From: Atractiella rhizophila
Taxonomy: Eukaryota
DNA: 61,143 nucleotides
Reading direction: 5' to 3'
Assembly: GCA_021432655.1 (NCBI GenBank)
Contig: MU271459.1
Coordinates: 1 to 61,143 of the forward strand
In this document: piece after piece, positions 10,760-24,900 of the stretch
How positions within the stretch are numbered: the first letter of the stretch is position 1
Layout of the letters: each line of letters opens with the position of its first letter
Notes under the pieces: generated by a model
The model's database searches: none
Seen by the model: the letters and a program-made list of their open reading frames with translations, nothing else
Told to the model about the DNA's origin: nothing
Position numbers and translations under genes: made by a program

Positions 10760-12512
10760 TGACTCGCGAGTTAGCTGCTGTCTCGCGAGTTTGCATTCTC
10801 GCTAGTTTGTTGTCTCGTGAGTGTGCTCTCTTGCGTTTCCAGTCTCACGAGTTTGCATTCTCGCGAGTTTGTTGCAGTCGCGTGAGTTTGCATTCTCTCG
10901 AGTTTGTTGCAGTCTCGTGAGTTTGCATTCTCGCGAGTTTGTTGCAGTCTCGCGTTTGCAGTCTCGCGAGTTTGCATTCTCGCTAGTTTGCTCTCTTGCG
11001 TTTGCTGTCTCGCAAGTTTGCTGTCTCGTGTTTGCAGTCTCTCACGTTTGCCAGTCTCGCGAGTTTGCGATCTCGCGAGTAAGTTGCTCTCTCGCAAGTT
11101 AGCAACTTAGCGTTTGGGTTCACCTCGCTAGTTTGCTGTCTCGCGAGTTGGCCGTCTCGTGAGTTTGCTCTCTCGCGGTTGCAGCCTCACGAGTTTGCAT
11201 TCTTGCACGCTCGCATTCTCGCGAGTTTGCTTTCTCGCTAGTTGACCGTCTCGCGGGTTTGCGGTCTCGCGAGTTGGCCGTCTCGCGAGTTGGCACTCTC
11301 GCCAGTTTGCTGTCTCGCGAGTGCTCTCTCGCTAGTTTGCTGTCGCGCGAGTTTGTTGCTCTCTCGCGAGTTAGCAACCTAGTGTTTGGGTTCACCTTGC
11401 TAGTTTGCTATCTCGCGAGTTGGCCGTCTCGCAAGTTTACTCTCTCGCGTTGGCAGTCTCGTGAGTTTGCATGCTTGCGAGTTGGCCACCTTGCGAGTTT
11501 GCTCTCTCGCGTTTGCAGTCTCGCAAGACAGCATTCTCGCTAGTTGACCGTCTCGCGGGTTTGCGGTCTCACGAGTTGGGCGTCTCGCGAGTTGCCAGTC
11601 TCGCGAGTGCTCTTCGCTAATTTGCTGTCTCGCGAGTTTGTTGCTCTCTCGCGTGTTAGCAACTTAGCGTTTCACCTCGCTAGTTTGCTGTCTCGCGAGT
11701 TGGCCATCTCGCGAGCTCGCATTCTCACAAGTTTGCTTTCTTGCTAGTTGGCCGTCTCTCGGTGGTTTGCAGTCTCGCGAGTTGGCCATCTCGCGAGTTG
11801 GCAGTCTCGCGAGTTAGCTGTCTCGCGAGTTTGTTGCCGTCTCGCGAGTTGGCCATCTCGCGAGTTGGCAGTCTCGCGAGTTAGCTGTCTCGCGAGTTTG
11901 TTGCCGTCTCGCGAGTTTGCAACCTAGCGTTTCGGTTCACGTCGCTAGTTTGCTATCTCACGAGTTGGCCGTCTCGCGATTTTGCTCTCTCGCGAGTTGG
12001 CCGTCTCGGGATTTGCTCTCTCGCGAGTTGGCCGTCTCGCGATTTGCTCTCTCGCGAGTTGGCCGTCTCGCGAGTTGGCCGTCTCTCGAGTGTGCTCTCT
12101 CGCGCATCTGCTTTCTTGCAAGCCTGCTCCCTCTCAACTACAGAGGCCCTTCGCAGGTTGCCACCCATTGGTGAACCAAACTTGACCTTTCGCAACTGGA
12201 AGGCACATTGCACGTTGCAGCCAGCCAGCGACCAGAAGTGCCTACTTCGCGACTGGTAGCGAACTTGGCGCCCTCGCGATGAACCTCGCATGTTTGAGCT
12301 TCGCGTCGGCGCTGATCCCCACCTTGCAAGACAATTTGGCCGTCGCGTCAGAGCTGACGGGACTCAACGGTGCGTTCCGTCCCGTCAGGTTAGTTCCGTC
12401 AGTCAGAGCCTCGCGACTGGGCTGACGGGACTCACCCTGGCCCTGACCCTAACTCTGTTCCCCAGCCAAATTTGACTGACGGAACAGTTCCGTCACGAAG
12501 GAATAGTAGTAG
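10760..12512. mobile_element. TCTCGCGAG-rich repeat element (copy 3): ~1.35-kb minisatellite plus conserved terminus
   Basis: Minisatellite 10760-12105; terminal hairpin 12477-12495; ends GGAATAGTAGTAG as in copies 1 and 2. Confidence 0.6.
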
Positions 12513-12838
12513 GGCCTGGAGCCACCTGACCGGGTTCATGACCTCAAGAGGATGTATTTCAGTTAGGTTTGAGTGTCTGCATTTCTTGAGAATCATGACT
12601 GAATGTAATTTCCCCCAATTTCTCTCTTTTACATGGAGTCGACCCTGAATCAATTCGCACTTCTTCATGAAGCTCAAAAGTTCTCTTTGTACAAGTCTGC
12701 ATAGTTCATTTATAGCGCTTTGCCTACGAAACTGTATCAAATGAGCAAGGTCAATGTTTGACCAAATGTAGGTAATGGAGTTCAAGCACTACTCACGATG
12801 GCCTCGTGAATGGGTCCTCATGCCTCTGTCCATCCAGT

Positions 12839-15800
12839 TCAGTGTGCCTCGACCATCGTGATGCATCGGATGGAGTTTGCTCTGCCCTGTGGATCTCCCG
12901 TCGAGATGTACAGCTCCTCTGCCTGCTTGAATCGCTCCAGCGCTTTGTCGTTCCTCCCGCATTGGAAATCGATGAACCCCATGGATTGGATGCAGTTTGC
13001 TCTGCCCTGTGGATCTCCCGTCGAGATGTAGAGCTCCTCTGCCTGCTTGAAGCTCCTCTGCCTGCTTGAATCGCTCCAGCGCTTTGTCGTTCCTCCCGCA
13101 TCGGAAATCGATGTCCCCCATGGATTGGATGCAGTTTGCTCTGCCCTGTGGATGTCCCGTCGAGATGTAGAGCTCCTCTGCCTGCTTGAATCGCTCCAGT
13201 GCTTTGTCGTTCCTCCCGCATCGCAAATCAATGTCCCCCATGCATCGGATGCAGTTTGCTGTGCCCTGTGGATCTCCCGTCGAGATGTACAGCTCCTCTG
13301 ACTGCTTGAATCGCTCCAGCGCTTTGTCGTTCCTCCCGCATCGCAAATCGATCTTCGCAATGGCTTGGACACAGTCTGCTTGGTTTCTAATGCTTGTACT
13401 GTTCTTCATAGAGTCATGCAGCTCTGTTAAGGCTCTACTAGTATACCCTCGAAAATCAAGTTCTTGTCCAAGGTAGAACTGCAAGCGACTCATCATCGCG
13501 GTGGACAACTCCTTTCTTGATAGTATTCTCTGGAGCAGTTGCGTCGTATCAAAGCTCTTGGATTGGAGGATGTTTGCATTTTTCAACACGAATGCTTCAA
13601 TGCTTTCATTCATTTTTGGAAGGTGCAGTAGACTGTCAAAAACGACTTGTTGAAGGTTCACATATTCATCCCTGAACTCCAGTAAGGCGTCTTGCTTCTT
13701 CGCCCCATCAAATTGGTCGATTCTTCCTTGTGCTTTATTCAATAGGCAATTGGTGATGGGCTGAAGAGAATCCTCGACTCGTAAAGAGCATGGGTAGATT
13801 TGCCTCAAAACAAGTTCATTGATATATTTTCGAACTGGTGCGAGCATACGCAAGCGTCTCCTCACCCCAGGAACATTGTCTGCAAGACCAACATCCAGAA
13901 TGGAGTCAAGGGAACGATAATCTCCCGCAAGTAACTCTTTCAAGTCGAAGAGCAGGAGACCATCTGGAGACCAAGACAGAAATGATAAGGCGAGGGAACT
14001 GCCCGGTAGTTCTTTGAGAACGGGAGATGTGAGAGAAAATCTGAGTGATATCTCTAGAGTGGGAGTACCATCTCTGCCATCAGCTTTCTCTGAAAGAACT
14101 GCGTCGGCTCGGTGTTGCCACTCTCTGAGAAGGTCAGCTGCGCTCGAGAAAGGATCGTGACGCGCTCTCAGAGCAAAAAGGCGGATCGATAGTGGATGGT
14201 AATCCAAGCACGATAAAATGTCTTGTGTGACTGCCACATTTTGTGGATCACGACCATTCTCATAGAAGTGACAAAAGGTATTGGTTGCTGCTTCCTTATC
14301 CTCAGTCAGCGTGTGAATGACAACTGGCACAAAGGCAGTGTTGTTCAGGTCGATATGAGGAGCACGATGCCCACGCATGGCAAGGACAAGTATGGAACCT
14401 GCTCCAGATTCCCCAAAAACGGCCTGAAAGAAATGTTGCATCCGTTTCGAATCTGAATGTGCAGGTGTCTCAAAATTGTCCAAGATGAGAAGACATTTAT
14501 TGCTTCGAAAAAAGTGAGCAACGGCCATCAAATCTGTCGTATCCAACTGGCGAGATAGAGTGAAAACACGGGAACACAGATGGCTCTCGAGCGCAGCGAA
14601 GGAAGTGAAGCCGTCACATCGGACCCAAAAGCGTCGCTCAACCCAAAAATCTCCCTCTTGAATTATGAAAGCAGCTTTCACAAGCTCGTCATGTAATGCA
14701 GCAAGTGCGACGGTCGATTTTCCGTTTCCGGCTAAACCTATGATTGCTACGTGCTGGCCACGTAGAATGGCGGTCCGCACATCTTCAACCTCCTTTGTTC
14801 GTCCGTAGCAAAGCCCTCGTGGCGGGACAGATTCTTTCTCATGAACCGCCACTCGTGCGGGATGAGCTGAGGGACATGTCATTACTCCATGCATGGAGGC
14901 GGATAATAAGCGTACCGAGGATTACAGATTCCGCCACGGCCTTCATTTCATAACGGAATCCTTCCAAATGAGCTTTCGTCTGTCCCACCACTTCCTTCAT
15001 CCTCCCAAACTCGTCCCATTCGACACCACCCAGCGTGTCAACGTTGAATCGATGGTAGCAATGGCCAATCCCACGCATTCGCACTTCGTCCTTCATTGTT
15101 TTGTCGACACGAGAGCAGTCTTCGACGACTTTTTTGAAGGCATCCTCGATTTCGTCCGAAGTCGACCCAAGTTTCACTGCGGAACGAATACCAACACCCA
15201 AGGAGAGGAAACAAATAACTTCAATCCCAGCCCCCCAGATCCTCTTCGCCTCTGTCGCAGCGAAAGAGGATGGGTTGTTGTTGCCAAACAGGACGTACTC
15301 TGCCTTGTCGAGAGTGATGGGAGGAAAGAACGTCGGTTCAGCAGATGTCGCTCTCGCAGCTTCGACGATGGAGCACTTGGCAGATCCGCCACCAGAGGGA
15401 AGTCGGTAAGTGCGCATCTCTAAAGGAACTACTGAGTTGGCTCGGTAAGTCGCAACAACAAAGGTTCGACATCGCTTGTCGAAGTTGAAGTTGGGATCAA
15501 GCATCGATCTTTCGAACTGTGGTGCGTGATCCCTGACGATCCTCTTGAAAACGCGTTCAAAGTTTCTGGCGGAATAAGCAGATGAGCCTTCTGTACGAAG
15601 CGTCTTCTCAGAGAAGACCTCCTTTACGATGTCGTCGAAAGCGTGCATACATTCTCGGACAGTCATCCCCAGCCTCCCAAGCATCAAAGCAATCCATCCT
15701 CCGGTCGAAGTGCCGCAGATGAGGTCGAAGAATTGGCATGGTCGAAGGGTTCGGGAGTCTGGCTTCCCAGGAAGAAGATCGGCTACTTGCTCCATAATGG

Positions 15801-16143
15801 CCTCGAGCATGTAAAGGCAAGAGAAGGCACAGACGCCTCCATTGTCGATCGAAAGGATCCGGAGACCTTTGGTGTTAACCTTCTTGATCTCCGCGAGTCG
15901 TATCTGCAAGTCGGGGTCCATCGACCTATTTCTGATGGACTCGGAATGCAACGTGAAAGGCGGAGGGATCTGTTGATTTGATGGAGGAACACTTGGTAGC
16001 GTTACGGGAGGGAACGCGGGTTGTGACGGGTGTAAGTTCAGTTGACTCGCATTCGATTCGTTCTGAAACGAATCAGTCGGTTTTGCAACCTCACGAGATG
16101 TGGAATGACGGACGCGGAAGATGGGTCGGAAAACGTTGTCCAT
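12839..16143 (-). CDS. Fungal NLR-like STAND protein: patatin-like domain - NB-ARC - TPR repeats (apparent frameshift in TPR region)
   Basis: Patatin motifs LRILSIDNGG, DLICGTSTGG, AARATSAEPTFF. A 49-nt GTACGC..CAG intron (14915-14867) joins this in frame to the NB-ARC exon (Walker A GLAGNGKS, Walker B LLILDNFE, PLSIRL). Four 40-aa TPR-like repeats follow. A 19-nt duplication at 13032-13069 shifts the frame. 5' end uncertain. Confidence 0.88.
12863..13361 (-). repeat. Four near-identical 120-bp TPR-encoding repeats
   Basis: Unit RCGRNDKALERFKQ(S/A)EELYISTG(D/H)PQG(T/R)ANCI(RC/QS)MG(D/F)ID(L/F). Confidence 0.92.
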
Positions 16144-16854
16144 GACGTCCACGCTTTTCCGTTCTAACGAAAATGAAGGTCAATACAATATCCCCTTTTG
16201 CATTGCGAGGTGCAGCATGCAATGCTCCATCGTAACAAGCGCAAGTAGGTTGAAAACCAATACCTTAGTCATTCCATAACTCATTCTTGGAGAAGAAACC
16301 TGATTCCAACGACAGCCGCAGGAAGGCTTTTTGGAGGAAGTGGTCACAAGCCCAGAACAACAAACTCAGCTCAAGACAATACTGTCATAGAAGATGAAGG
16401 AAGAATAATGACTTTGTTAAAATCGCACTTGGTACGCTAAAGCCTTCCTCATTCCATCCTCAACTTCAACTTTGTTGCTAATATTCCATGCTTTAATAGC
16501 CTCACTTTATGGCAATGTCGCTCAGCATTTGCTCGGTATGTAAGATGACCCGCCAAAACATGACAGTTTACAGTGACTGGACCGTCTGAGTATCCCATCC
16601 CACCACATACAAACGAGTCTTCGTTCGCAGTTGATCATGAGGAACGCACCTTTGAAGGTATCGATCACAGTTCAGCTCGTTAAGTAACTGCCCTCCTAGG
16701 TAGCTCTAACAGACGCGCATCGATGTTGCTTTCGTCGTCCTTTCGCGAAATTCGAACACTTCAGCATTGATTCGACCATGGCATTCCAGATTTAATGCTT
16801 AACCTTGCTTCTTTTCAATGTTAGTTTGCTCTGCTTTGCCATTGTGTTGGTTCG

Positions 16855-17100
16855 TAGGGCTTTCCACCATCCCGTCCGGAACAGAAGCAGTTCTCTTCAA
16901 CAGCTCCCGATTAGGGCTTTGCACCGTCACCGTCAAGACGGGTGACGGGTCCGGGACGGACGGCATTTTTGGCCCCCCGTCCCGTCACCGTCTCCACTCT
17001 GATTTTTTGATGACGCACGGTATAAACGGACGGGTGCTACCCGTCCGTCAGCCCTCTCATGCGCTTCCATGACGGGTCAGACGGGGAACAACGGGTGTTA
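16855..17100. mobile_element. DNA transposon-like (hAT-like) terminus with GACGG/CCGTC subterminal repeats
   Basis: TAGGGCTTT(C/G)CACC(A/G)TC at 16855 and 16912, followed by more than 10 GACGG/CCGTC motifs in both orientations. No transposase or second TIR seen. Confidence 0.45.
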
Positions 17101-17432
17101 TATATGAATTTTAAGTTTTAAACCTGTTTTACCGGTTTTTTGGTTGTTCTGCTGCAAGCGTTTCGTAATTTCATATTTACTTGTTTGCAGCAGAGCAAAC
17201 ATTCCTTTGCATGGTCCAAAACGGCCAGAAAGGGACTTCCGGGTCAGTGCAAACCTAACCTTATGTGGGCCGGCTGCTTAGGGGCCCTAGCCGGCTCAAC
17301 CAAATCACCTTTCCGCCCTGCCAAACAGGCCGAGGCTTGCCGGCATTAGTAGTTAGCGACTAGAACATGGCATGAATGAGATATTCCGGTGGTGCCGGAC
17401 AGAATAAAGGAACATTTTGTTGAACACCCGTG

Positions 17433-18775
<1,343 letters not shown>

Positions 18776-18980
18776 CTACTTTGGATGGTGTCCTGGTGGA
18801 CGGAGACCGTCGATTCCGGATGTGATTGTGTGATTGAGCCTTGTTCGAGAACTTTGCAACGAAACGACGAAGGGCTCGACGTGTTACTGTAACTGCTCCA
18901 AGGGTTAGGTGTATCATGTCAGCTTGAATACTCCTAGAAGGAGTATAGTGTATCTTTGGCTTTTGGTGAAAGTTGCAAGG

Positions 18981-21900
18981 ATGGACAAGAACTTCGGCGT
19001 GAAGCTTAGCACTGAGGTACTACAAGAATATCAAGCATTACAATGTAAGCCGTCTTATTCCTTATTCCACCTTGTGTTGTCAGCACTTGTTGTGCATTAT
19101 TTTGATTACTGCCACCTGGAAAATGATACTTTTGATACGCTGAAAGTTCAGCTTATCGAACCTCGTTCCCATTCATTAGGTTAGGAAAACAAATGTTCTG
19201 ACGACGTTTAACGAGCAGCAATCTATGTTGGACATTTCAAGACTGTTCGCACGTCGACGGCATGGGCGGTTTGTCTCTCATTCTGCTGTCCGAAAATTGT
19301 ATTCGCTCATCCGATCCGAACCCCACCCAGTCCGTCAACGCAGTTCTCGAATTCATCATCCGTCTCCTGTCCTCAACTTCTCCCGACATCTCCCTCGAGC
19401 TGCACTACAAGTTTGTCTCCCTCTGCTCACTAGCAATATTGCAACTAACCGACACATTCTGTAACCAAGAATCCCTGCGCAGTATCCCAAAGTATTACCA
19501 AACGTAAGCCTCAACAATCCGAAGAACGTGCCCAAGGATCTGGTTTCGGAATTCACAAGAGAGCAACTACCACACATCTTGAAAGCAAAAAAAGGCACAC
19601 CCATGATCTACGAGGTTAATAGCCAGATTGTTGAATGGCTCGACTCTATTGCTGCGAAGAGAAAGCCAGGGGCAAGTTTGCAAGAGGAGAAGGAGGCGAG
19701 AGAGCAGGAGGCGAAAGAGGCTGAAGAGAGGAAACAACGTGCCGTAGGTCGTTTCACTCCATCCTCCCTTGAATGTGGGCAAGCACTGAATGCACGACTT
19801 CGACAGGAGAAGGAGAGAGTTCAACAAGAGATCGAGTCGGAGCAAAAGAAAAAGATAGCAGTAAGTCACATTGCAGCATGTTGTTGAGGGAAGTGCTGCT
19901 TATGTGTGCAACCAGGTGAAGCAATCCCGGCAAGCCAACAACACTCAGGACCGTTCCAAGGTTGGGCAATCCCACCAAGGACCGAAGGTCTGGGGAACGC
20001 AACCTAGAGCCACTGTTGAAGCTGCCAAAACCGAACGCTTTCGATTGCAAGGCAGCACCACTCCTACTCCGGCGTCAATCACGTCACCTCTGACTCCGCG
20101 TCCAGTGTACCGCCTAATGCAACGATCGAACAGCATTACAGCACCACCAGGCATGTTTCCCGTCGCGGTTAGGAATGCTGAGCAGGAGGACTTGGAGATT
20201 CTCGATCCGCCACTGAGGATGGGGGATGGCGAGACAGCGTATTCGGTCAAGACTGGGGGAAGGATCAGGGATTCGAACCCGCCTGAGTTTGAGGCAGAGC
20301 TAATCGGTGGCTTTGGGGAGAGAGGAGAGATGAGATGGAAAGCCACAGTGCTGCATATCAATGTTGGTGTGACGATGCAGAACTTGTGGCAAGGTAAGCC
20401 CTTTCATTTCTTCCCCCAGTGCTCGGATATGGATGTTTACACACAATCAATGGGGACAGTGAAGGATCTTTTGGAAAAAATCATGCACGAGACGCTAAAG
20501 GTGTCGCATATCAAGCACCCACATCTTCACAACCTCCACTACTCATTCCTCATCCGTCTAAGCGCTAGTGGCGCCAAACCGGATGCGTGGCGTCTAATAC
20601 AAATTCTGGATTCCAAATCTCGAATGTTACCCCTCTTGGACGTGCTTCGAATTTCAGGTCCGCTTCAAGTTTCTCTCACGATGGAATACGTCAAGCAGAT
20701 ATGTCTCGCTCTTCGCGCATTGCATAATGCGAAATACGCCCATCGAAGTTTGAGGCTCGCTCATGTTCTGATTGAAGGCGAGAAGAAGAAGGTGAAGGTC
20801 ACCAATGCTTACTGGTTTTGGAGCCTTCTTCAACTTCATGCGAATCACAAGAACTTAGATCTCGAGACGCTAGAAGAAGATAATTTGAATGCCGGTAGCG
20901 AATGGTTCGACTGTCTACAGACCGGAAAGAAGGAGAGGAACTCGAATGGATGGAAGGAGAAAGATATTTTCGACCTTGGGATATGTCTGGCTCAAATGCT
21001 CTTTGGTCTAGACATCATTAAACAGTTTAAAACTCCGTCTGCCTTTCTTCGATCTATTGAGTACGAGGATGCTCTTGATACCTCCGTTTTGGAACTCCTC
21101 CGCGCACTCCTTAGCTCGCAGGAACCAGGTGGGAAAAAGCTGACAATTTCAAAGGTGCTAGAGATGGTAGATTTCGCCATCGAACAACTCGATGCATCCT
21201 CTTCTAATCTGTCGCCATCTACCTCCGACCTTACCCACTCGAACTTGCACAAGCGACAGTCCCTGCTGAAGTCCCCTCGTTCTGCCCATCCGGACCTTCC
21301 AAGAGAACTCAATGCATCGAATCAGCGAGGACCCTTCTGGCAACCGCATCAACAAACACCAGCGCAACCTTCTCAAAACCTTCGAACGACATCTCGCTAT
21401 CTTGAAGATTTTGAGGAGGTTTCGGAGAAGCGATTGGGGAAAGGAGCGTTCGGTGAGGTCGTCAAAGCGAGGAATAAGCTAGATGGAAATCTCTACGCTA
21501 TCAAGAAGGTCAAGTTGCCGCACGATGAATCGTCCCAGATTAAAGTTCTTAGGGAGGTTACTGCGAAATGGCCTCGCATGAACCACATTTACATCGTACG
21601 CTATCATGCCAGCTGGGTCGAGACGGTTATCACCACCATTGCTCCCAAAGGAAAGGTGATAACGAGTAGTGGGATTGGCCTGAGCAGTGAGAGCATGAGC
21701 ATGCTGGGTAGGGGTAGAGAAGATGAGGAGCCGACCAGCGCAGAGAAGAAAGAAGACACCACGACAAGAACGCTTTCAGTCTCTTTACCTTCCGTTCGCA
21801 ACTTTCCCGATGAAGACTTCTTGAATTTTGACGATCCCGCAATCGAAGAGCAACCACTGGACCTGTCCTTTATCCAATTTAGGAACGAGGACGATTCATC

Positions 21901-24900
21901 CCAGGTTGATAGCGGGAGAGGGAGTGATACTAGCGAAAGTACAGCGGACCTGAGCACCGAGGAAGGGGAAGAAACGGCAGAGGAAGAGAGCGAGGACGGG
22001 TCTAGAAAGACTGGGAGGAAGTTAAACCGGAAGAATAAGAGTAGCAAAGGAATATTGGCCGTTGGCCACAGTAGCAATAGAGACGCACATCAGCCGATGC
22101 TCACAAAGTTCCTCTACATTCAAATGGAACTTATTGAGAATATTACTCTCAGAGACGTACATCCCTCTCCCAATGTGTTGCCTCGTACTGAAGTATCTCG
22201 TAGGCGATTGATGAAGGAAAGCTAACTGCTCAACCGGAAAGAGCATGGAAGTTTTTTCGTCAAAGTGAGCCCGCTATTCCTTCCCCAATAGGACTTACAT
22301 AACCTGCTGATGCAGTGTTAATGGCCATGGAGAATTTCATGTCTATCAAGTATGATCCTCTGTTTGCTTCGTTCAACCTTTCCTCATGTTGCCGACAGCA
22401 TTATTCATCGGGACCTCAAACCGGCTAACATCTTAGTTGACAAAGAGGACAATATCAAGATTGGCGATTTTGGCTTGGCTATCGATGCGGACGACGAATT
22501 TGATGGAGGTGAGGGATATGACCCTAACAACTCAGAAATGACCGGCAGTAAGTCTTACCTTCTCAATAAATGTAACCTTAACAACTCCCAAAGATGTCGG
22601 CACGACGTTCTACATTGCTCCAGAAGTAAGGAACGCTAGCAAGAGAAAAGGTCAGAAGGCAGCGAAAGGGTACACCAATAAAGCAGATATGTACTCGCTA
22701 GGAATCATTTTCTTTGAAATGTTCCATCCGTTCGCTACTGGCATGGAGAGAACGCAAGTTAGTAGTCTTCGTTCGCTTGAAAGAAATTGTTCTAACGTTA
22801 CCCTCAGGTTCTTGGAGGTTTGGGCAAAGAGAAATTGTTGTTACCCGACTCCTGGACTAGTACGGTTTCGAAGCAGCAAACCGACATTCTAAAACGGTGC
22901 CTCGACCACGATCCTGTCAAAAGAGCCAGTCCTACTGAATTGCTCAACAGCGATTTGCTGCCTCCTTTAGCGGACGACGAGCTGATAGTAAAAGCTGTCC
23001 GCGAAATCGGTGAGAACCACCGTTGCTGCTATCGCATAATTCTTACGTTGTTTGCAGGCCTTCCTAAAAGCACGTATGCGAAAACGCTTCTAGGTGCACT
23101 TTTTGATTCTCGAAGCGAACAAAGTCAAAAGGTCGAGTTCACATACGACTATCAACCAAAGGCTCCAAACGCTCGGAAGGACCCCGAAGGCAGAGAGACG
23201 GAGCTCATGATGACTTACGGGGACAACCTCAAAATTGCCTTGCGTGCCATTTTCAAGAAACGAGGGGCAGTAGAGCTCAACACTCATCCGCTCATGCCAT
23301 ATCGCCCAAATTACGACATGTCCGGCCCAGTCCGGTTGCTGGACGAAGATTCCAACAGTCTCATGCTCGCCCCAGATATGGTCTATCCCTTTTGCCGAAT
23401 GGTTGCTAGAGAGGAAAAGAGGAACCGCTTCAAACGGTGGTCCATCGCTCCTGTATTCAGAAACAAGTATGGCGTGATTGGTACGTCGTTCCTTATGAGT
23501 AGGATGCCAATAACATCTTTACAGAACAACCAAGATGGCCGCTTGCCGCAAGTTACGATCTTGTCTCTGAAACGAAAACGGCTGCTGCAGAGGCGGAGTG
23601 CATCTCCGTAGTAGACGACGTTTTGGACTGTGTCAGCTTTCCAGAGGAGACTGTCCATCTCCTGAACCATTACGACATCTTGCATTGTATCATAGGCTCG
23701 TTCCGCGACAATGCTAAGGATATTGTTCTCTCCTCCTTACAAGGCCAAAAATATCTCTCGTCAGTATTTTCCCACTTACCGTTTTTAACTAATCCAGTTG
23801 ACAGTATCGAAAACGTGGTCAATGAGCTGAGAGTGAACAACATACCTCAAAACGATATCAATTACCTTTTGACCTTCAATTTTTATGGTAAGACAATATT
23901 TGCCTTCTTTCTAAATCAGCTAAATGGTATGCGGACCAAGATGACCTCGAGCCGGTCCAAGAACACATATTGGCCTTGTTCCCCTCGTTCCAACTCGCTC
24001 TAAAAAAGGCATTCGATGAGCTGCGAGAAATAGTTCAATACTGCTCCATGTTATGCAAGCGTCCGGTCAAGATCTGCCCTCTCTTGCCGTACTCAAAATA
24101 CATGCATAAAGGAGCTGTATTTCAGACCGTATTACCAACACGACAAATCTCATTGGCGGTCGGAGGCAGGTGCGTATCGTTCCCTCCACTGAGTAAGCTC
24201 ATTTTGGATTTCAGATATGATTGGCTCGTACAAAATCTAGTCCAAACTGGCACCAAGCTGAACACGACAGTTGTTGGCGTGTCCCTCGCTTTCTCACGGT
24301 TGGCTGCGGCCCTAGAGGAGCGACCCTCCATCGATTCATCACTTATTCAACAAGCTGTTGGGGCTGTCAACTGGCTCCCATCTCGCTGCGATGTTTACAT
24401 CGTCTCGCTTCAAGAAGGTCTTTTCGAGCACAGACTTGAGCTTTTGCGAGATCTCTGGGACAACGACATCAGTGCCGATATCATGTACGACAGAAAGTCT
24501 AATCTGCTCGAGGTGACAGAGATTTGCAAGACAGAAGGAGTCCGATTCCTTGCGATTTTGAAGGAGAAGCAACTAAAGGTGACGTACAAGATCAAAGATG
24601 TGATAACTGAAGCTGAAGAAGAAGGTACGGTTGGATGTCCTAGCAAAGTGTTACTCACACGCTGCGTAGTTCCTCGAGAGAATATCCCTACATGGCTACG
24701 TGAACGTCTAGCGGAACTTCGAGGAAGCACCCAGATTCAGCCTATCGTGCATCGACCTGACACACCGGTTGAGACATATGTCCCTGAGGTTCAGGTCATT
24801 ATGCCTCCAGACCAACGTCCGAATGGCTCCAAGACTCCGAAACATCGACAACGACCCTCCCATGCCGACAAGCAGAAGCAAGCGGTCTTCAGCGAGCGCG

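Noticed and set aside
12789..13050. Alternative C-terminus QAGRGALHLDG... of the 701-aa ORF
   Set aside because: It is the out-of-frame reading of TPR units after the 19-nt duplication.
14839..14894. Programmed frameshift or two-gene operon between patatin and NB-ARC ORFs
   Set aside because: A canonical 49-nt intron joins them in frame.
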